Shown here: positions 27,908-42,600 of the stretch, piece after piece | How the letters are laid out: every line of letters begins with the position of its first letter | How positions within the stretch are numbered: the stretch's first letter is position 1 | DNA from: Raillietiella orientalis | Lineage: Eukaryota | DNA: 64,000 nucleotides | Direction of reading: 5' to 3' | Assembly: GCA_036172245.1 (NCBI GenBank) | Contig: JAYWIR010000034.1 | Coordinates: 496,001-560,000 of the forward strand | Position numbers and translations under genes: made by a program | The notes under the pieces: model-generated | Told to the model about the DNA's origin: nothing | The model's input: the letters and a program-made list of their open reading frames with translations, nothing else | Database searches by the model: none

Positions 27908-27950
27908 CTATCAGAGTGTAAGGCTTCTAGAACAAACAAAAGAAAATGCA
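27908..27950 (-). promoter_or_regulatory. Splice acceptor and short 5' UTR before the start codon, implying upstream non-coding exon(s)
   Basis: Minus strand TGCATTTTCTTTTGTTTGTTCTAG|AAGCCTTACACTCTGATAG-ATG: strong polypyrimidine tract, AG at 27928-27927. Confidence 0.7.
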
Positions 27951-30900
27951 GTTTTGCAAGTAGGGGTTTCCAAATTCTTTTGGAACAGCATTTCATCAAT
28001 ATGAATATTTAGTATCTCAAGTTCCCAAGTTAAAAGTTCTTCCTTACATGCTCATTATGAGATGACATGCTGCATCTTAGAGGAGCCAAAACAACCTTTG
28101 CTCCAACTTCTAAGATTAGCGACAAATTTCGTAACTCCCAAGATCCACAGAACCAGTTATGACTACTCCCTGTCTAAAGAATTCAAACACTTTGGCCCCC
28201 TTCCCCCTACTTCCCTCTTCTCGAATTTGCCATTGAAATACTTTCAAGATGAATACTGGAAATCGCCCTTTGCTGAATTCCAAATTATGGAGCTTCGGGG
28301 TCTAGCATCATAGTTTGTGCGGAACGAGACAATCACCTCTATGGACTTTAAAGGCGAGGCAATTCTAATCCCACCCTCATGGATTCCGAAGACATCTCGC
28401 AGTATCATTCAGAGCATTCATGCAATTTCCCACGGTTATCCTTATTATCGACAAATTGCAATCACTGAGTCAACAGTTTAATGCCCCTTTTGAACACCAC
28501 TGCGGACACAGTCATTGCAAGCTGCTGATATGGCCGGCGAGATCTTATGTCAAAGAGGTAGAGTCCTGGATTCACATCATCAGCTCCAGGATCCTCTATT
28601 CCAGAGCCACCCGCCCAAATTGCGGAACACTTCAGGTAGAAGAAGATCACCGAGGCTTTGACATATAACTGAGCGATTGGATACAAAACTCTTTATCCAC
28701 AGTGAGCTGAAACCATGGCCCATTTACGTGACAGTAATGATGCAAGGACATGAGCTTTTCGTTAACAGAAGGAGAGTCAAGTGTTCCCAGGCTAGGTCTG
28801 AAAGAAAAGAAGCTCTTGTGAGGATTCCTATCCCTTCGAACTGTTTCGAGCAGTTTTTTTCTTAAAAAAAATCTTTTCACAGAAGATTTTTGCAGCCTGT
28901 ATCGTTTTGCAAAGTAGTGGAAGCTTCAGAGATCTAAACACCTGGCCGATTCAGGAAGTACACATTGCTGTTTCTCTACAGCAAAGCTGAGCTGCAAGAC
29001 TTCACAAATGGACGAAGCGAGAGGAATGACCCTCTCTCAGTAAGTGTTCGAATCCAGAATCTTCCTGTGGTCCAAGGATTCAAAAAACTCTGTGACCCAT
29101 CTTTTTCCAGTGGTGGCAACCATCAGTTCTCTACTACTGCTTAGCTGGAAGAATCCTCAAAGTTCGTAACATATGAAAGAACGATAGACAGGCAACAACT
29201 GAAACGATTTTGATGTATATTTAGGAGAACTCCAGGAAGATCCAAGCCTTATAAGATGCATTCAAAAATGCTGGAAAAGTTTCGATCGGAAGAAATCAGG
29301 GAAGACAGAAAGTACTACGCCAATGTAGCAGCTCCACATAATGCTACTTTCTCGGCGTAAAAAGTGGTTTTATTCATTAATGGTGCTCTTAACAGTCGAT
29401 GGAAAGACAGCTCATGAATGAGAATCATCGTGAGCTCTCCCGACATTGTTAATTGATAAGAAACTCGCTGCAAACCTTCCAAATGAAATATCAAGAGATA
29501 AAGATTACTGCCGAGGGGTATCGAGGCACGTAAGTGGGCAGCATTCATCGTTATTCAGGAAGAGAAGAAGGAACAACTGGAAATGGGACGAAGTTCGTAG
29601 CGAGCAACGCGCAAGAGATGAGTCTAAGTACAAACGAAAGGAGCACTCTCTTGATACGGAAGAACTTTCAAAGACTCCATTTGCATGCGAATATTTGGCA
29701 TGGGATGGAGAATGGGAATTCAATCTCGCAACTACAACCCAATGAAGAAATCAGCAGCAGCGAGAACATTAAAGCAAATTTTGCAAATAATGGAATCGCA
29801 TCGTGGCGGTTAAACGAATGAATGGAGCAGTCGGATGCACACTCGAAGAGACGGCGGAAAACGATCGGAATCATGGAAAACTGGTTATCAGGGAACTCAC
29901 GGACTTGTGTCTGACAGGTCCACGGAACGTGCAATGTGGATTGATGAACTCTCCCGTGCTGCCTGACCCTTACCAATCGCATGCGTTCCCTTTGTCGTCG
30001 AACTCCCATTCGTTCTTCCTTACACCTTTTCAGAATTGCCATTCCCAGTAAGACTGATCTTGCCGAACCACTTCTTCATATCCCGAGGTGAGCCGTAAAC
30101 TTTGGAAACCCGTTCGTTACTTTTGCCTTTGTTTCCTCTCACGCTATCAGAGATTCCTGCTCTTTATCGGAATTCCCTTGGAGGTAGTGCTTTCTTATCT
30201 GCAGCCTCCGATGCTCACGATCTTCATCAAAACTTGGGAGCCTGCATTGTCGTTTGCACCTTGCCAAAATTCCCTGCAGAATTCCCGGGCATGTGCTTTC
30301 TAGTCGAGAATCTAATGAAACTGTTCCTGTTGATTCTGTTTCCATACCCCGCGAGCTTTCCCCCTCAAATGATCCCAAACCTCTTAGAAAAATCCTGACA
30401 GAAAGTCTAAACAGCAGGAAATTAAGGTATGCACTCTGGAAGCTTCAAGAGACACTGAGGATTTGGACCGAGAACTAGATATAGGAAGCAGGAGACGAAA
30501 TGACGATAGGAGGCTGTTTTCTGACGAGAAAGTTCTGAAATGAGGTGCTGCTGTTAGAAGCATAAGAGGGGAGTTCTCAAGTACGAAAGTGAACAAAAAT
30601 GAAGAGTGCACGAGAGATTTAAAAAAAAAAAATCATTTTCACAGTCAAAAATACTTGACAACAGGAGATGTCTTGGAAAATAGGGAGCACCTGCTTAGGG
30701 GGTACATTGGCTGCAATGTGAAGATGGAAACTCGAGACAAGCTCAGTGGAATGGGTCGTGATTACGAGACGTGCAAACATATGGAATATCGAGAATCTGT
30801 CACCGTACAAGTCGAACCTTCAGTTTGTACATCGCGCCAATGCCATCTTCGTAGGTCAACGAATGTCTCGGGAACTTTCTTCAAGGATGATGGATGGCAG

Positions 30901-33900
30901 AAATGGAATCATGTTTACAATGAACAAGGAAGAAGGTAGATCGGGATGTGGAACCCGAGTCGATCAATGTTCCGAATGAAAATCCGAAGAGCTCTTTGTT
31001 TTAGGTTCTCTATTTACAGTGCTGTCCTTAGAAATCCAGGACTGGCGAGGAACGAAATGATGAATCTTTTATTTAGTCGCGTATACGAAAGTGTGCTCGA
31101 ATTCCTCACAGAGGAGCTTGTTACTTTTTCTGCACTGTGGTTCCTCCTTCACACACGTGGTGGCCAACAATTTACTCCTTCTGAGCCCAGCCACGTGAGC
31201 GGGTGCATTTTTCCACAAGCAGTCGTGATGAGGCTTGAAAATGTCACTTCTCGATTTCCTCCCTGGAACCATTGATCTTTTGCGATTTTGACTAATGAGT
31301 TCAGGATTCCATGCAGCATCTTTCGCATTCGACATTCAATGGATAGGAAATTTCTCGATCAGTCACACAAAGCAATGAATAGTTGCCACGCCCGCCATGA
31401 CTCTGTGCCACTGTATCTTATTCTTTGAAATAAGATACCGACTCCACAAATTCTTGAAGAAAGACGGATCTTCTACGAATAAAGAAAAGTATGCAAAGAA
31501 AGCAGGGAGAATTACGACTCCGGAGGTCCAGTTTGATATTACTGAAAGAAATAAAAAGGGTGCAGTCTTAAAAGTGCAAACTTTCGCGCCATCATCTGTA
31601 TGATCGATTTGGAACAGTGCGAGGTAAATAGGAGATTTTACTGAGAATGAGTTGAAGGATACGAAAGATTCTCTCATCCTAGCAGACAGAGACTCAACCT
31701 TTCAGCTGAGATAAAAGTCGAAACCAGAAGCCCCAATTTGCTTCAGGTAGAAAGCCAGACACGGTCCTTTTGAGTGACTCCAAAAACACACAAACTTCTA
31801 GAATGTTCTGATGAACAAAACAGAGAGCTCACTTCGCGGCAACAAAAAGAATCCTAAATGCTGAGGTCACTGGAGTTTGAGACTGCGGACTATTCTTTCC
31901 GAAAGCTAAAGTTTCTTTGGGACTCGATTTCCTCCTGCAGGATCATTACTCAGTAGTAATCTCTTAGCACAGCAACGCAGCAGTCCTATTTAGAATCCCA
32001 AACCATCCTATCTTGCACCTTTCATGGAACAACGCTGTGAAAAGAAATGACCTTGAATGCGTATCTTAATTCCTAACATTATCCTTCAGACATATTGCTA
32101 GCATTCAAAGCACAGACGAAACAGCATATCATGGTTACAGCCCGCAGGGCAAAGAGTCAAACTTTCCAGATCAGCTTTGTTCCGTAGCAATAATTACTCT
32201 GGAGTTTAATGTGTGTACGGTATTCAGACGACAACAACTGAGGAGGGAAAATGTGTATAAGTCTTTTCCTTGTTTGCCGATCCAATCAGCGTTAAAGACA
32301 TTTTCAAGTGGGTCGATAAGATTTAAGGAACGCAATAGTGGTATTGTGTGAAAGAGACGCTGAATACTCACGATGAGGAGATGACCGACAAAGGTAGGAA
32401 CGCAAGGAAAACACCAGAAAAATATGAGACAAGTAAACGGGATCATGGAATTTCAGACGGCTCAGGCTTTTCTGTTTAAAATGCATGCCTCGTCAAAGAA
32501 TATGTTGTTCACAGGGAACCCAGCAGCAAATGTAGCTACACATTTCTGGATGCTCTGCATTCCGATCAAGATCTATTTCAAATTACCAGGATGCCTAGTT
32601 TGCATTCCTTTATATTTCAAGTCTCATGTTAATTTAGCCACAGATCTCTTGCTGTCTGAGTGACCCATGTTATTTGCTAACACACCGTTACTTCTTCCAA
32701 CGCAACAGAACTGATTACCATGCAGAATACCTCGGAGAACCATTCTATCCCCCACCAAAAATAATATGGAATATCACATGATGAGTACATAGCATGTTGA
32801 CATTTTCACACAACTATCAGTTTTTTTCATTTAGCTACTGAATGAAGAATATTTCATGTTTTTAAAGGTTCTGTCATAATAAGTACGTCTAATGAACTGT
32901 ACTTAATATCTAATTATTATTCTTTACAGTTTATATTACAGTTACGGTGAGATTACGATACACGACATCTGGAATTTTTACAAGAAATTCGCGGTGTGTA
33001 GATCAAACCCGTGGTTCTGGGAACACATTCCGGATACGTGTCTTCCAGGGAACAAGAAAGCATGCTCTCATCTCCGGTAAGCACTTTCTGTGAGATTTCG
33101 TTTCGCAAAAAGAAAAAGCATGTAGGTGTTCCTTGCAGCCTCATTTCCTTGTTAGCCTGGCATTCGTATGTATCTTTTCTATCTGTATGTCCCTCAGGAG
33201 ATATGAGGCAAAGTTTCGGTTTGTCTTCACAGCAAAAAATCCTTCTTTCGTAACTGGAGGTTCAAGAAAGGGTCAGCAGCTTCTCATTTCGACTTCCAAC
33301 TCTACCTATGGGAACGCCAGGGGGAAAACGAGTTCTCTCAACTGTGTGCACAGCTGGAAAGGTGGAACAGACAACTTAATGAACCAAAGCAAGTAACTCC
33401 TCTAGCTGCCACTTTGTCCCCAAGGGGATCAAAATGACCTGGAAAAGTCTCTCAGAAAAATGATTCAATTCACTCGTTTTGCATGTGCGTCTTACTTGAA
33501 GATGCATGCGCAGGGTGAGTGAATTTTGCACATCCATCTTTCTTACTTGAAGACTGTGCGAAAAGAGCATCGACAGATACCACGGCAGCAAATGCGGGTC
33601 TTCGCGAATGCACGCTTTGCTAATTATCGACTGCAAGAAATGATCTTCTGGAATCCCTAATTCTTCAAAGTTAGCAAAGTTCAACCGTTATCAACCATTG
33701 TTTTCAAAACGATCTCGAATGTAAAAAAGGGAACGTTAGTTATTCAAATAAGCACAGAAGCTACTGTTTTTTTTCTTGTATTTTTTTGGAAAAAAGTTGA
33801 ACCTGAATGTGAACAAACAGTTTCCGTGTAGAAAGATCGAAAAACATTAACTGAAGTTGGCACTTCAAAATCAACCATCACTTTCAGGTAAACTGGAAAG

Positions 33901-36900
33901 CACTTCGGGCTGGTTCCAGCGATCATTTTCATTCTCATCGAGGAGGAAAGGAAAGCCTTCTTTTCCCCTTGGTTTCTTTTGATTTCTTTGATCAAGGGTT
34001 CTTTTGTTATTGCTATTGAACTGAGAAGATGGTTTGTTGTTCGAGTCCAGTTGAAAAGCAGCACGAGATGCTGCGGGAAACGAGCGAAAGCTTTCAGGTG
34101 TAAAATTTGTGGAACGACTCCCGAGAGTGGCAAAGTGAACTCGAAAATCTGAAGTTATTCATACGCTTTATGGAATCTTTCTTTTGTTTTGTTTTTGGCT
34201 GAAAGCTTCCACCTCACTCACCAGAGCCGAAGATGCGCCACTTGCTTGGAATGAGGGTAAAGGATGAAATTCCTGTACCTGATGGCGGAATTTTTCCACT
34301 GACACTCACTACTGAATTTCGTCATAATGTGTTCCAGCAGCTGCTGGAAGCATAAGAACTGATTCTGAGAAACAAGAAGAAAGTCACCACTTTTTTAGAG
34401 GTTGCTCCAAGGTTTAGAAATAAGCAAAAAACATTTTCTATTTTTTAGAACGATTGATCGTTTCTCCACTTCCTTGCCGAAGTTCGGAAATCATTTCAAT
34501 ACGCATATGATCATTAGAAGCACTTCTAAAGCCTTCTAGGAAATGTTAAACAGTTGCAGATGGCTGCTTGTTTTGCTCATTAGAAATGTTAGATTATCCG
34601 AGAACACAAGTTCAACAGAAACCCATTTGGTACCTTCATCTGCGCGATGGGAGTGCGGCATGATTAAGAAAATTAAATTAAGTTATAAAGTTCCTCTCAT
34701 GCTGCCAAGAAACTTTACGACTCCGTCTGGGGTTGTGTCTTCGCCTCTTGTACCACTGTCTGTCGACGTGAGATAACTGCATCCGGTAAGCAAAGCTGCC
34801 AGTAAATGGATTCTGAGTAATGAACATTAGTAGGAGAAGCCAGAAATTCAAAGACGGCTTATTCAGCTTGTGCTCTGCTGCCTGCCACGCCACCTTCATG
34901 GTGAGAGTCGGCAACGCATGCAACACCTCAGCATGCCGTGAGACAACGCTAGATGGCTTGAATCGGACGGAGAGAGGAGCACCTGATACCTGTCAGTGGT
35001 CTCGAATGGAGCTGTTGCTGCGCGCATTTTGGTGCAAACTTCCTCATCGATCGCCTTATCACAATCGCAATGAATCGTTATTCACCTCTTCTGCATCCCC
35101 TCTTCTGCGAGTGTGAATGAATAACGGAAAGATGCTCTTGCCGCACGTGAAAAATACCATGGCTTTTCAGATAAGGTGCTAATCGCTTACAATCTGAGCG
35201 TTGCTGAAAAGACCGTCGGCACGATCATTGGGAACGGACGCGAAGTCATTCACGTCAGATGCTGAAGAATCGTAATCCGGTCGATTGGCGTTTGTTATCC
35301 CGATGTCGGAATCACAGAAGTCTCAAAAGATAAAAATGAAAGCGATGAATGAATGAAGTTGCTCCCACCATGAACTTTCCTCTCACAGTGGCGGCATCTC
35401 ATTGGCCGTTTCGTTAGCGATTTCCGTACCCGGAAAATGTTTTAAAGACACTTTAAAAAAGTGCACTGAATTTCAGTAAAATCCCCTCTCGACCAGCAGA
35501 AAAAGCGCTTCATTTTTCTTCTGAGAATGTTCCATGAAAATTGTTTCAAGAGGATCTCTCCCAAAATCTTTGGAAAGGGAATTTTCAAGGCAGTGTGATG
35601 CATACTTCTTGCGTTCTTTGCTTCCAAGCTGGAAGCAAATGGATTTCCCGTTGCTATAGTCACAAAGATCCGAATGATCCCAACTTTTTCGCACACAAGA
35701 GATCTGCCAGTTTTGAGAGAAGCGATGGACATCAAAGAACTGCTTAATCACAAACAAGCGTACGGTTTTCAAGGTTCCCTGAAGCCACCAGACTATCCAG
35801 TTCCCTATCACGATTCTCAGCAGGACGCTGTTACTTGGGTGCTTTCTTTTTGGAAGCACTGATGGATGCTTATTCTCCTGTGCCAAACTGAGCGCAGTTG
35901 ACTAAGATCGAGTGGTAACCGATGATGAATGCAGCTACGAATTGTGAATGATATAATGAGGATATACATTCATGAATGTTTGCCATATCTCAGAATGTTC
36001 ATCCTAACTCCGCTATCCACAAATGCATTTGATATTTTGAATGCTGTTGGAGCTCATGCATCTTTATTGTCTATAAAGAATGCCATCTGTTGCGGCAAAT
36101 CACCTGCTTGTCTTCATCGTGAAGCTCTCATTCGCTCGCCTGTCTGAACATATGCGAAAGAAAATGTTAAATCCACGAATCCTTGGAAGTGGGAAGAGCT
36201 CGTGCTCTTCTCTCGATGTGCAGGGAAACTTTGCCTCAGGCTCGCGCCCTTCATTTCCGTGGTAGCAAACACGTGCAGAGAAACTGCGACTTGCAAAGAA
36301 CGAGATAACTTCCGCAAAGTGAATTTCGCAGTTGAATGTCTTTCTCAGGACTGGTTTGAGGTCGTTGCTCGTTTGTTCACAAAGTTGCTTCCAATGCGTT
36401 TGGGTTTTCTAGGCTACCCTTCCGGTACATAATGCCATCAGGTCTTTAGGGAACGCTCTTCCAGTTCATCCAGTACTTTACTACTTGACCATCGTTTAGC
36501 ATCTTTCGGTGAAGTGCAGGACCGCATCCAAATGGTAAGCAAGGAGCAGCCTCTACGCCATGCTGTATCACTTTTTGTCATGATGGTTCTGTTGTTCAGT
36601 AGGTCATGAAATCACTTTTGCGGGAACATCCATAAACTTGTGGTCGTTCTCTAAGGCGAAGGTTTCCGATAAGCTTTGCCCATCGCTTACACATGAATCA
36701 GAGCTCATTAACAGGAGTGATGACGGCAGCGAAAATCCTGTAACCCAGTCCCAACGAGGATTCATCTTCATTTGTGGAATACAGATGGGAGCAAAATTTC
36801 TTTGCCAAGTAGATACAGCTTTTCCCCTTTTGTTTACCATCCTCAACACGAAACACTTGATTATCTTGATTAAGCGTGAGAGCCGATTGTGCTTTTATCC

Positions 36901-37605
36901 CGATATCCCTCATTTGATCCACAGATCTTCCTGAGATGAATCTTTAGGCATGAAGGCTCATGATAGAGAGCGACCAAGAACGTCCGCAACTGCAAACCGT
37001 GTTTTGTGATGCCGACAGCGTTCTATCCTTTCATTCAGCGACATCTTTCTCCATGGTGATAATCTGCCGATTCTGTTCTCAGAAACTTCGAACTTTTGTT
37101 TCCCAGGCCTCTCGCCTAACTCCAAGGAACAAAAACTCAAGTCAAATCTTTAGAACACATCCGGTGGAACACTTTCCACTCTTTCCTGATGTGATGAGAA
37201 CACTTCCTACGAGGCCCGTTTTCGGGCCTCATAAGAAGAACAGCTATCATTTGTTAACGTTGGAGCAGAGAACATCACTTCGAAGAAGGATGACGATGGG
37301 GATTCCTTGCAGGAAAGACGATGATACCTAACGGGGGATGGTGGTAATCGCGTACCTTCCAAGAAACATTGAGCATGATGCGTGCCAATCGTGACAGTCT
37401 GCTCTGGTTGAGAAACGGAATGAGATCTGTGTCCTCACGACAGCTTGGATGAATTACAAGAAACATGTGATTGGTGATAAAGTATGGAATGCTAGCTCCT
37501 TGTCCTCGGAACGTAACAAATTTTTCTCAGAAAACAATCGGCATCGAATTTTCGGAATTGGATATTCAAAGAAGGAACATGCAATTAAAAGCAGGGATGA
37601 ATTTT

Positions 37606-38128
37606 TTAACACTCTGGGTGCAGAGCACGTCAGATTTTACCTTTCCATGTTGACCGTACGCGAGCCGCAATTGCGATTTCTGTGGACGGAATGCTCTTCC
37701 ACGTACCTTTCACGGCTCTACCGAGGCTCTACCGATAGACTATACAAAGTGCTGATTAACGTTACTATTGTAATTGTTTATTTACACCACATCAGATAAA
37801 ATGTTTTCATTCTTCCCGAACGTGCATTATTCGTTGAAAAATCGCAATTCTAATTCGAACAAATCAATGACTCACTCGCATTTTTAAGAGATCTCAAAGA
37901 TGGAAAACAGTATAATCAATTCGATACGACACCGAGAATAGCGAGCCGATATACGTAGAATGTCGTTTACTGTCGCTGATAAGGGAATCGTAAAAGTGTT
38001 AGTGCATGTGTCCATCGATAGTGTTAACTTAAGGCAAAGGTAAAAAAACATTTGCCAGACACATCTATGCGTCCATAGCACATGCTGATCGTTTTCTCTC
38101 GACGCGTTCGTAGCACTCGAAGGGTTAA
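37606..38128. mobile_element. Non-autonomous piggyBac-like MITE (about 515 bp between TTAA sites)
   Basis: Left end TTAA|CACTCTGGGTGC..ACGTC; right end read inward TTAA|CCCTTCGAGTGC..GCGTC. Imperfect TIRs and TTAA duplication typical of piggyBac; AT-rich non-coding interior. Confidence 0.6.
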
Positions 38129-39671
38129 ATAAGCAAGTTGTTTAAATGCATCCTATAAATAAACAAATAAGGGAGGAAACAGTGTCCCGTCACAAGCAAG
38201 TCGTATTTTTCGATGGAGCTGGTAGTACTCGGTGATGTCTCTCAGGCACTGGATGCGCGTTATCTTCAGTTAGGGATCTCGCCGATTCGGTTTCCTTGCT
38301 TGAACTGCATCCCTCTGCAGGAGGGAGAAGTTTGGAATGTGAAATTTTAATGAACACTGAAAAGCAGCCCGCCGTAAATCCTGTGTCTTTCGAAACACAA
38401 GCGCCCAGTGTCGACTTCACAGCTGCACCAAATGCCTTTCTGATATAACACACACGCAGCACACAGAAATCGAAACTGCAAGTTGGTTCTCAGCTGCTTG
38501 GATTCTGTGAGATCATAGGAAATCCGGAGATGCATGCAGATCACTCTGATCAAGATCTTGAGGACTCTTCGAGATGGGAGGTTAGCACTTCCTCAGTCTT
38601 TTTAGCACTGGGATTTCACAGTACTTGTGTTTTCTGCAGACATAGATCCTGCTTCTAAACACTGCCACATTAAAAACCATGGGAAACCAATCTTCAGAGC
38701 AAAGGGCATTTTTGCTTGCGAGGTCTCACAACATTGGAGGGCAGGCATCTGCAGCAGCCGAGCTTCATTCCCTGATAAGAAGCAGGGAACGTGGACGTGA
38801 AAACAATAGAGATGAGAAGGATGCCAGGTACAAAATCAGCTTTCCAAGTTCAAACGAGGACGAAGTGTTGATCTTGAATTTCAATAAAAGTGTTTTCACA
38901 TATATCAACGTCACACCAAGTGACGAATTCTTTTTCCAATTAGCGCTGCCAAGAATTTAGAAGGCCACGAAAACTCGGAAAAGTCCTAAACGCAAGTGCA
39001 TACGGAAGGGAACACCCATCGTTCACAGTTTTGCTCATTTGCTCGGAGAGGGAGACGGAGTTTTGGAGTCGCACCAAATTTTGGAAATCGTTCGAGAAAA
39101 CACACGGATTTTACGCGTTCCGTCCGGGCACTTCTTTTTGTTTTCGCACGTTTCCTTGCAGACTGCATTTCGTAATCCAGTTGAAAGTCATCTTTTAGAG
39201 CTTATTCTTAGAGCGACGTTTTTTTTTTTTTTTTTTTACAAAGCATCATTCCTTTAAAGGAATATCTTCAAAGGAATGATGATGAATCAGCAAAATGATA
39301 AATTAGAGAAAGTAAATAGGTTAGGACATTATCTCCCTCCTGCAAACACGATGTTATTCGTTTGAAACTTTAGCAATCTGAGACCTGAGAGCGAGGAGCC
39401 CGCGTTTTCTCATGTGGACGAAAACCGATTCTCACTTTTCCATTAAACGCGCTCCAGGCATTATCCATGTCTTGGTCATATCACGGCACTGGCATTTTTA
39501 ATGTTGCCGATGGTATCGAGCGTGAAAGATTCTACGAAATAAGTCACTCGTTGGTAATCTAACCTATGGTCACTCGTTGCTGACCTCCAAATTTGAAAAT
39601 ACCTTCAGCAATTAAACACACTGCAGCTGCGGATGCGATCTGTGGAGAGCCAAACAGAAAATGAAAGTGCA

Positions 39672-39699
39672 AGTAGTAGTAGTAATAGTAGTAAAGTAG
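39672..39699. repeat. Short imperfect (AGT)n microsatellite
   Basis: AGTAGTAGTAGTAATAGTAGTAAAGTAG; source of the YYYYYY run in the 39559-39744 ORF. Confidence 0.85.
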
Positions 39700-42600
39700 C
39701 ATGACGTGAAAAATCTGCAGCCTAAGAGATCCGACTTTCCTCACTGCTTCTGTGCAGCTGTTTCCAAAGAATTATCAAATCGCCAGAAACGGTTCTCTAG
39801 ACGACAGTTGCTCGGAAATGCTAAAGACGCGATCTGGAATTCCATGTTCCATATAATACTTTGATCTTTCGATCAGATTCTGCACCCAAAGCGATCAAGT
39901 TATCACCACAGGCGTTCGGGTAAGGAAGACTGAGATGCAGTGACCTCAGATCTCGTGAAACACCACTCCTTCAATAGTGACTCTTTAGGAGTCAGCGTGC
40001 ATGGATTTCCTTACTCTCGCTTGGATTATTTAGCATTGATTTGCTCTCTTGAGCTTTCAGCAAGACGGATTTCATCAAAAGATGACCCCATGCGTTCATT
40101 TGGTTCATTTTCTTTCTTCCTTTCTTTCTTTTCTGAATTGACTTCGGACTGATTACGAAATTCGATGCAATTGGATATATTTCCTTATCATGTAATTCGG
40201 ATTCAGGAGGACATTCTTCCGAGAAGCTGCAAATTCGTTCTCACTCAAGCCTGCCTATCGCAAGATTGAGGGCTCATAGAAATTACACAAAGGGGCCTAA
40301 AAAACACCTCCGAAATGGAACGATTGGGTATGAGAAAATACGGGTGAATCGAAACTTTGTTTCAGCATCCACTTGTCAAATGCTCCCACTTTCCTGAGTT
40401 TCCCCGGTCTCTCTCTTCCCAGTGCACGATGGAAGTGTCGTGGGAACGAACACAGCAGATGCAAGTTTGGTAGGAAAAAAACAAAACCGAAATGCAGTTT
40501 TGCAAAAGCGGGCATCTGCGGAAAATCAAGGAGATACAGATCTCGAGATGCTTGCGGTGAGAGAACTTCAAATAAAGAACTTTGAAGGGATCAGCCGAAT
40601 TCGATTCTTTTGTGGCTCGCAGGGAAGCACTGCACTGGGATGCCAGCCATGTGTTCAATCCGCAATCCTGCATAAGTAATTTCAGGTGAAAAGATCGCCC
40701 TTCTTCGTAAAGGCATCCTCCTAAGCCAGGAGCACCATGTCCTCAGCCTGGAATTTCTTGGCATTCTTTTTGTGCGAACTCCGGCTGAGGTTGGACTCCG
40801 ACTTTTGCAAACTTAGAAACGTTGATGATGTAAGCACACCCAAAAGCCGAGTCTCTGGGTCTCAAATTGAAGTCTGAACAAATGATTTTCAGAAATTCAC
40901 AAATCCTGATGCTTCTCAAGGAAGACCTGGGAACTCTAACGTCAAAAGTGCATCCAAAGTATCCCAGCAAAGAGACAACGTCTTCATGAAAATTGAAACT
41001 TCTGGACCATGCAAAAAGCGTTATTATTGAATGAGGAAATGCGCAACGAACTTATATTGGATGTTGTATGCCGAAGAATTGATGCTACTGCCCCTGGAGT
41101 CATGAAAACTCGGTTGACAGTAATGAGACAGAAGCAACTGGATGTTAGAGCTGCTATGATAGGTCCTTGTTCTTGAAACAAGAGTTGAGAAAATTATCGG
41201 TAAAAGAAGGCCACAGAAGTAGCACGTTTGGTCTGGAAGAGTACGTACGTGTGATGTGTGCTGTGGACCAGCAAGGTACTTTTAGATTGAATCCGTTCTA
41301 CAGAAGACTCAACAAACTTCATGAGACCAAGAGTGTTCTCAAAGGCAGATCACTAGGAAGCTGAGGAGTTCGATCGGAGGCATCTTTGGAGTTGATTACG
41401 CGCGTACTTTCTCGATGCCAAAATCTGAAACCAGGCACTGCTTTCAAAGAATATGCGAAGGCGCATCAAAATGGAGGAAATACGCGCTAGCAGAGCGGAA
41501 ACGGGAGAAACGGAATCCCAAGGCGAGTCTCTGCAGAACTGCGTCTCGACATTCGGGATCTCCCCAAGATGAAACCACGGAACGCCTTCGAACAGCTGTC
41601 CTTGGAAATGCGCAAACGTAGTTTTCCTCGCGGCGGCGTCGCGTTCGAAATTCAACACAAAACTCAGACATCAGTCTGCAATGGCCAATCCTGACCACTT
41701 TGGTTGGACGGCTATCAAAAGCCAACATTCGGGAACCGACTCAGACTCCGTCACGATGTCCACGTTCGCGAATCTTTCCGTTGGTATCGCTGTAATGATA
41801 TCCCACAAGTACGACCGAATGATCCATTCATCGTTTCAATAGATCCAATGGTCTGCATGATGAGTGGAACTCATGAACCGAGTGGAAAAATTCAGTAGAA
41901 GATTTCGAGGATAGCTGGCTAAGAAGGTGGAGGGGAGAGGAGGACACTGACCTTCTTTCATCTCTCAGACTTCGCTAACTCTGAAGATTCATACAAGAAG
42001 CTTCTCATTCACGCGTGGCTACCTAGCTAAGGAACGGACGATAAAATTTGGGGGAACCGGGCGATGTCTTTCCCTCGCCAGCCTCTCGCACTGAACTGCA
42101 GCATCCTTTCTCAACTTCACTGCCATGACGCCAGGCAACCGAATATCGCTTTTGGCTCTATTTTTCGACCCGGGAGTGTGTGATGTACTTGGTCAATGGT
42201 CGTCTGGAGCTTAAACTCCTTACTTGAATGCGTGGGCTCACTGCAGTGTGCCATACGATCCCCCAGTAAAAGGGTAATGGAAACAGTGGAAGTACAACAG
42301 TTTACTGGACCAAGGGATGTTTTCATTCGTGAACTGATCTGATGAAGTTTTGCGCGCATGACAGAGGAGTTTTCCAGTGAAATCTTGGTGTCATCGGGTG
42401 AGCATCTCGTCTAAATGATGCTGAATTCACGGCAAATGCAAAAGGTGTCCTTTGTTTGGTTATTAGCGTTGTCATGGAGCTGTGACGTAAGGAGCCAGGA
42501 GTCAATACTACACAGCAGGCTTTTTGCTATCCACAATATCATTGAGGCGTGTTCTGCAGTGAAAGGCGGAATGAAGTGAGATTTCTCTGGGAGCCTAGCA

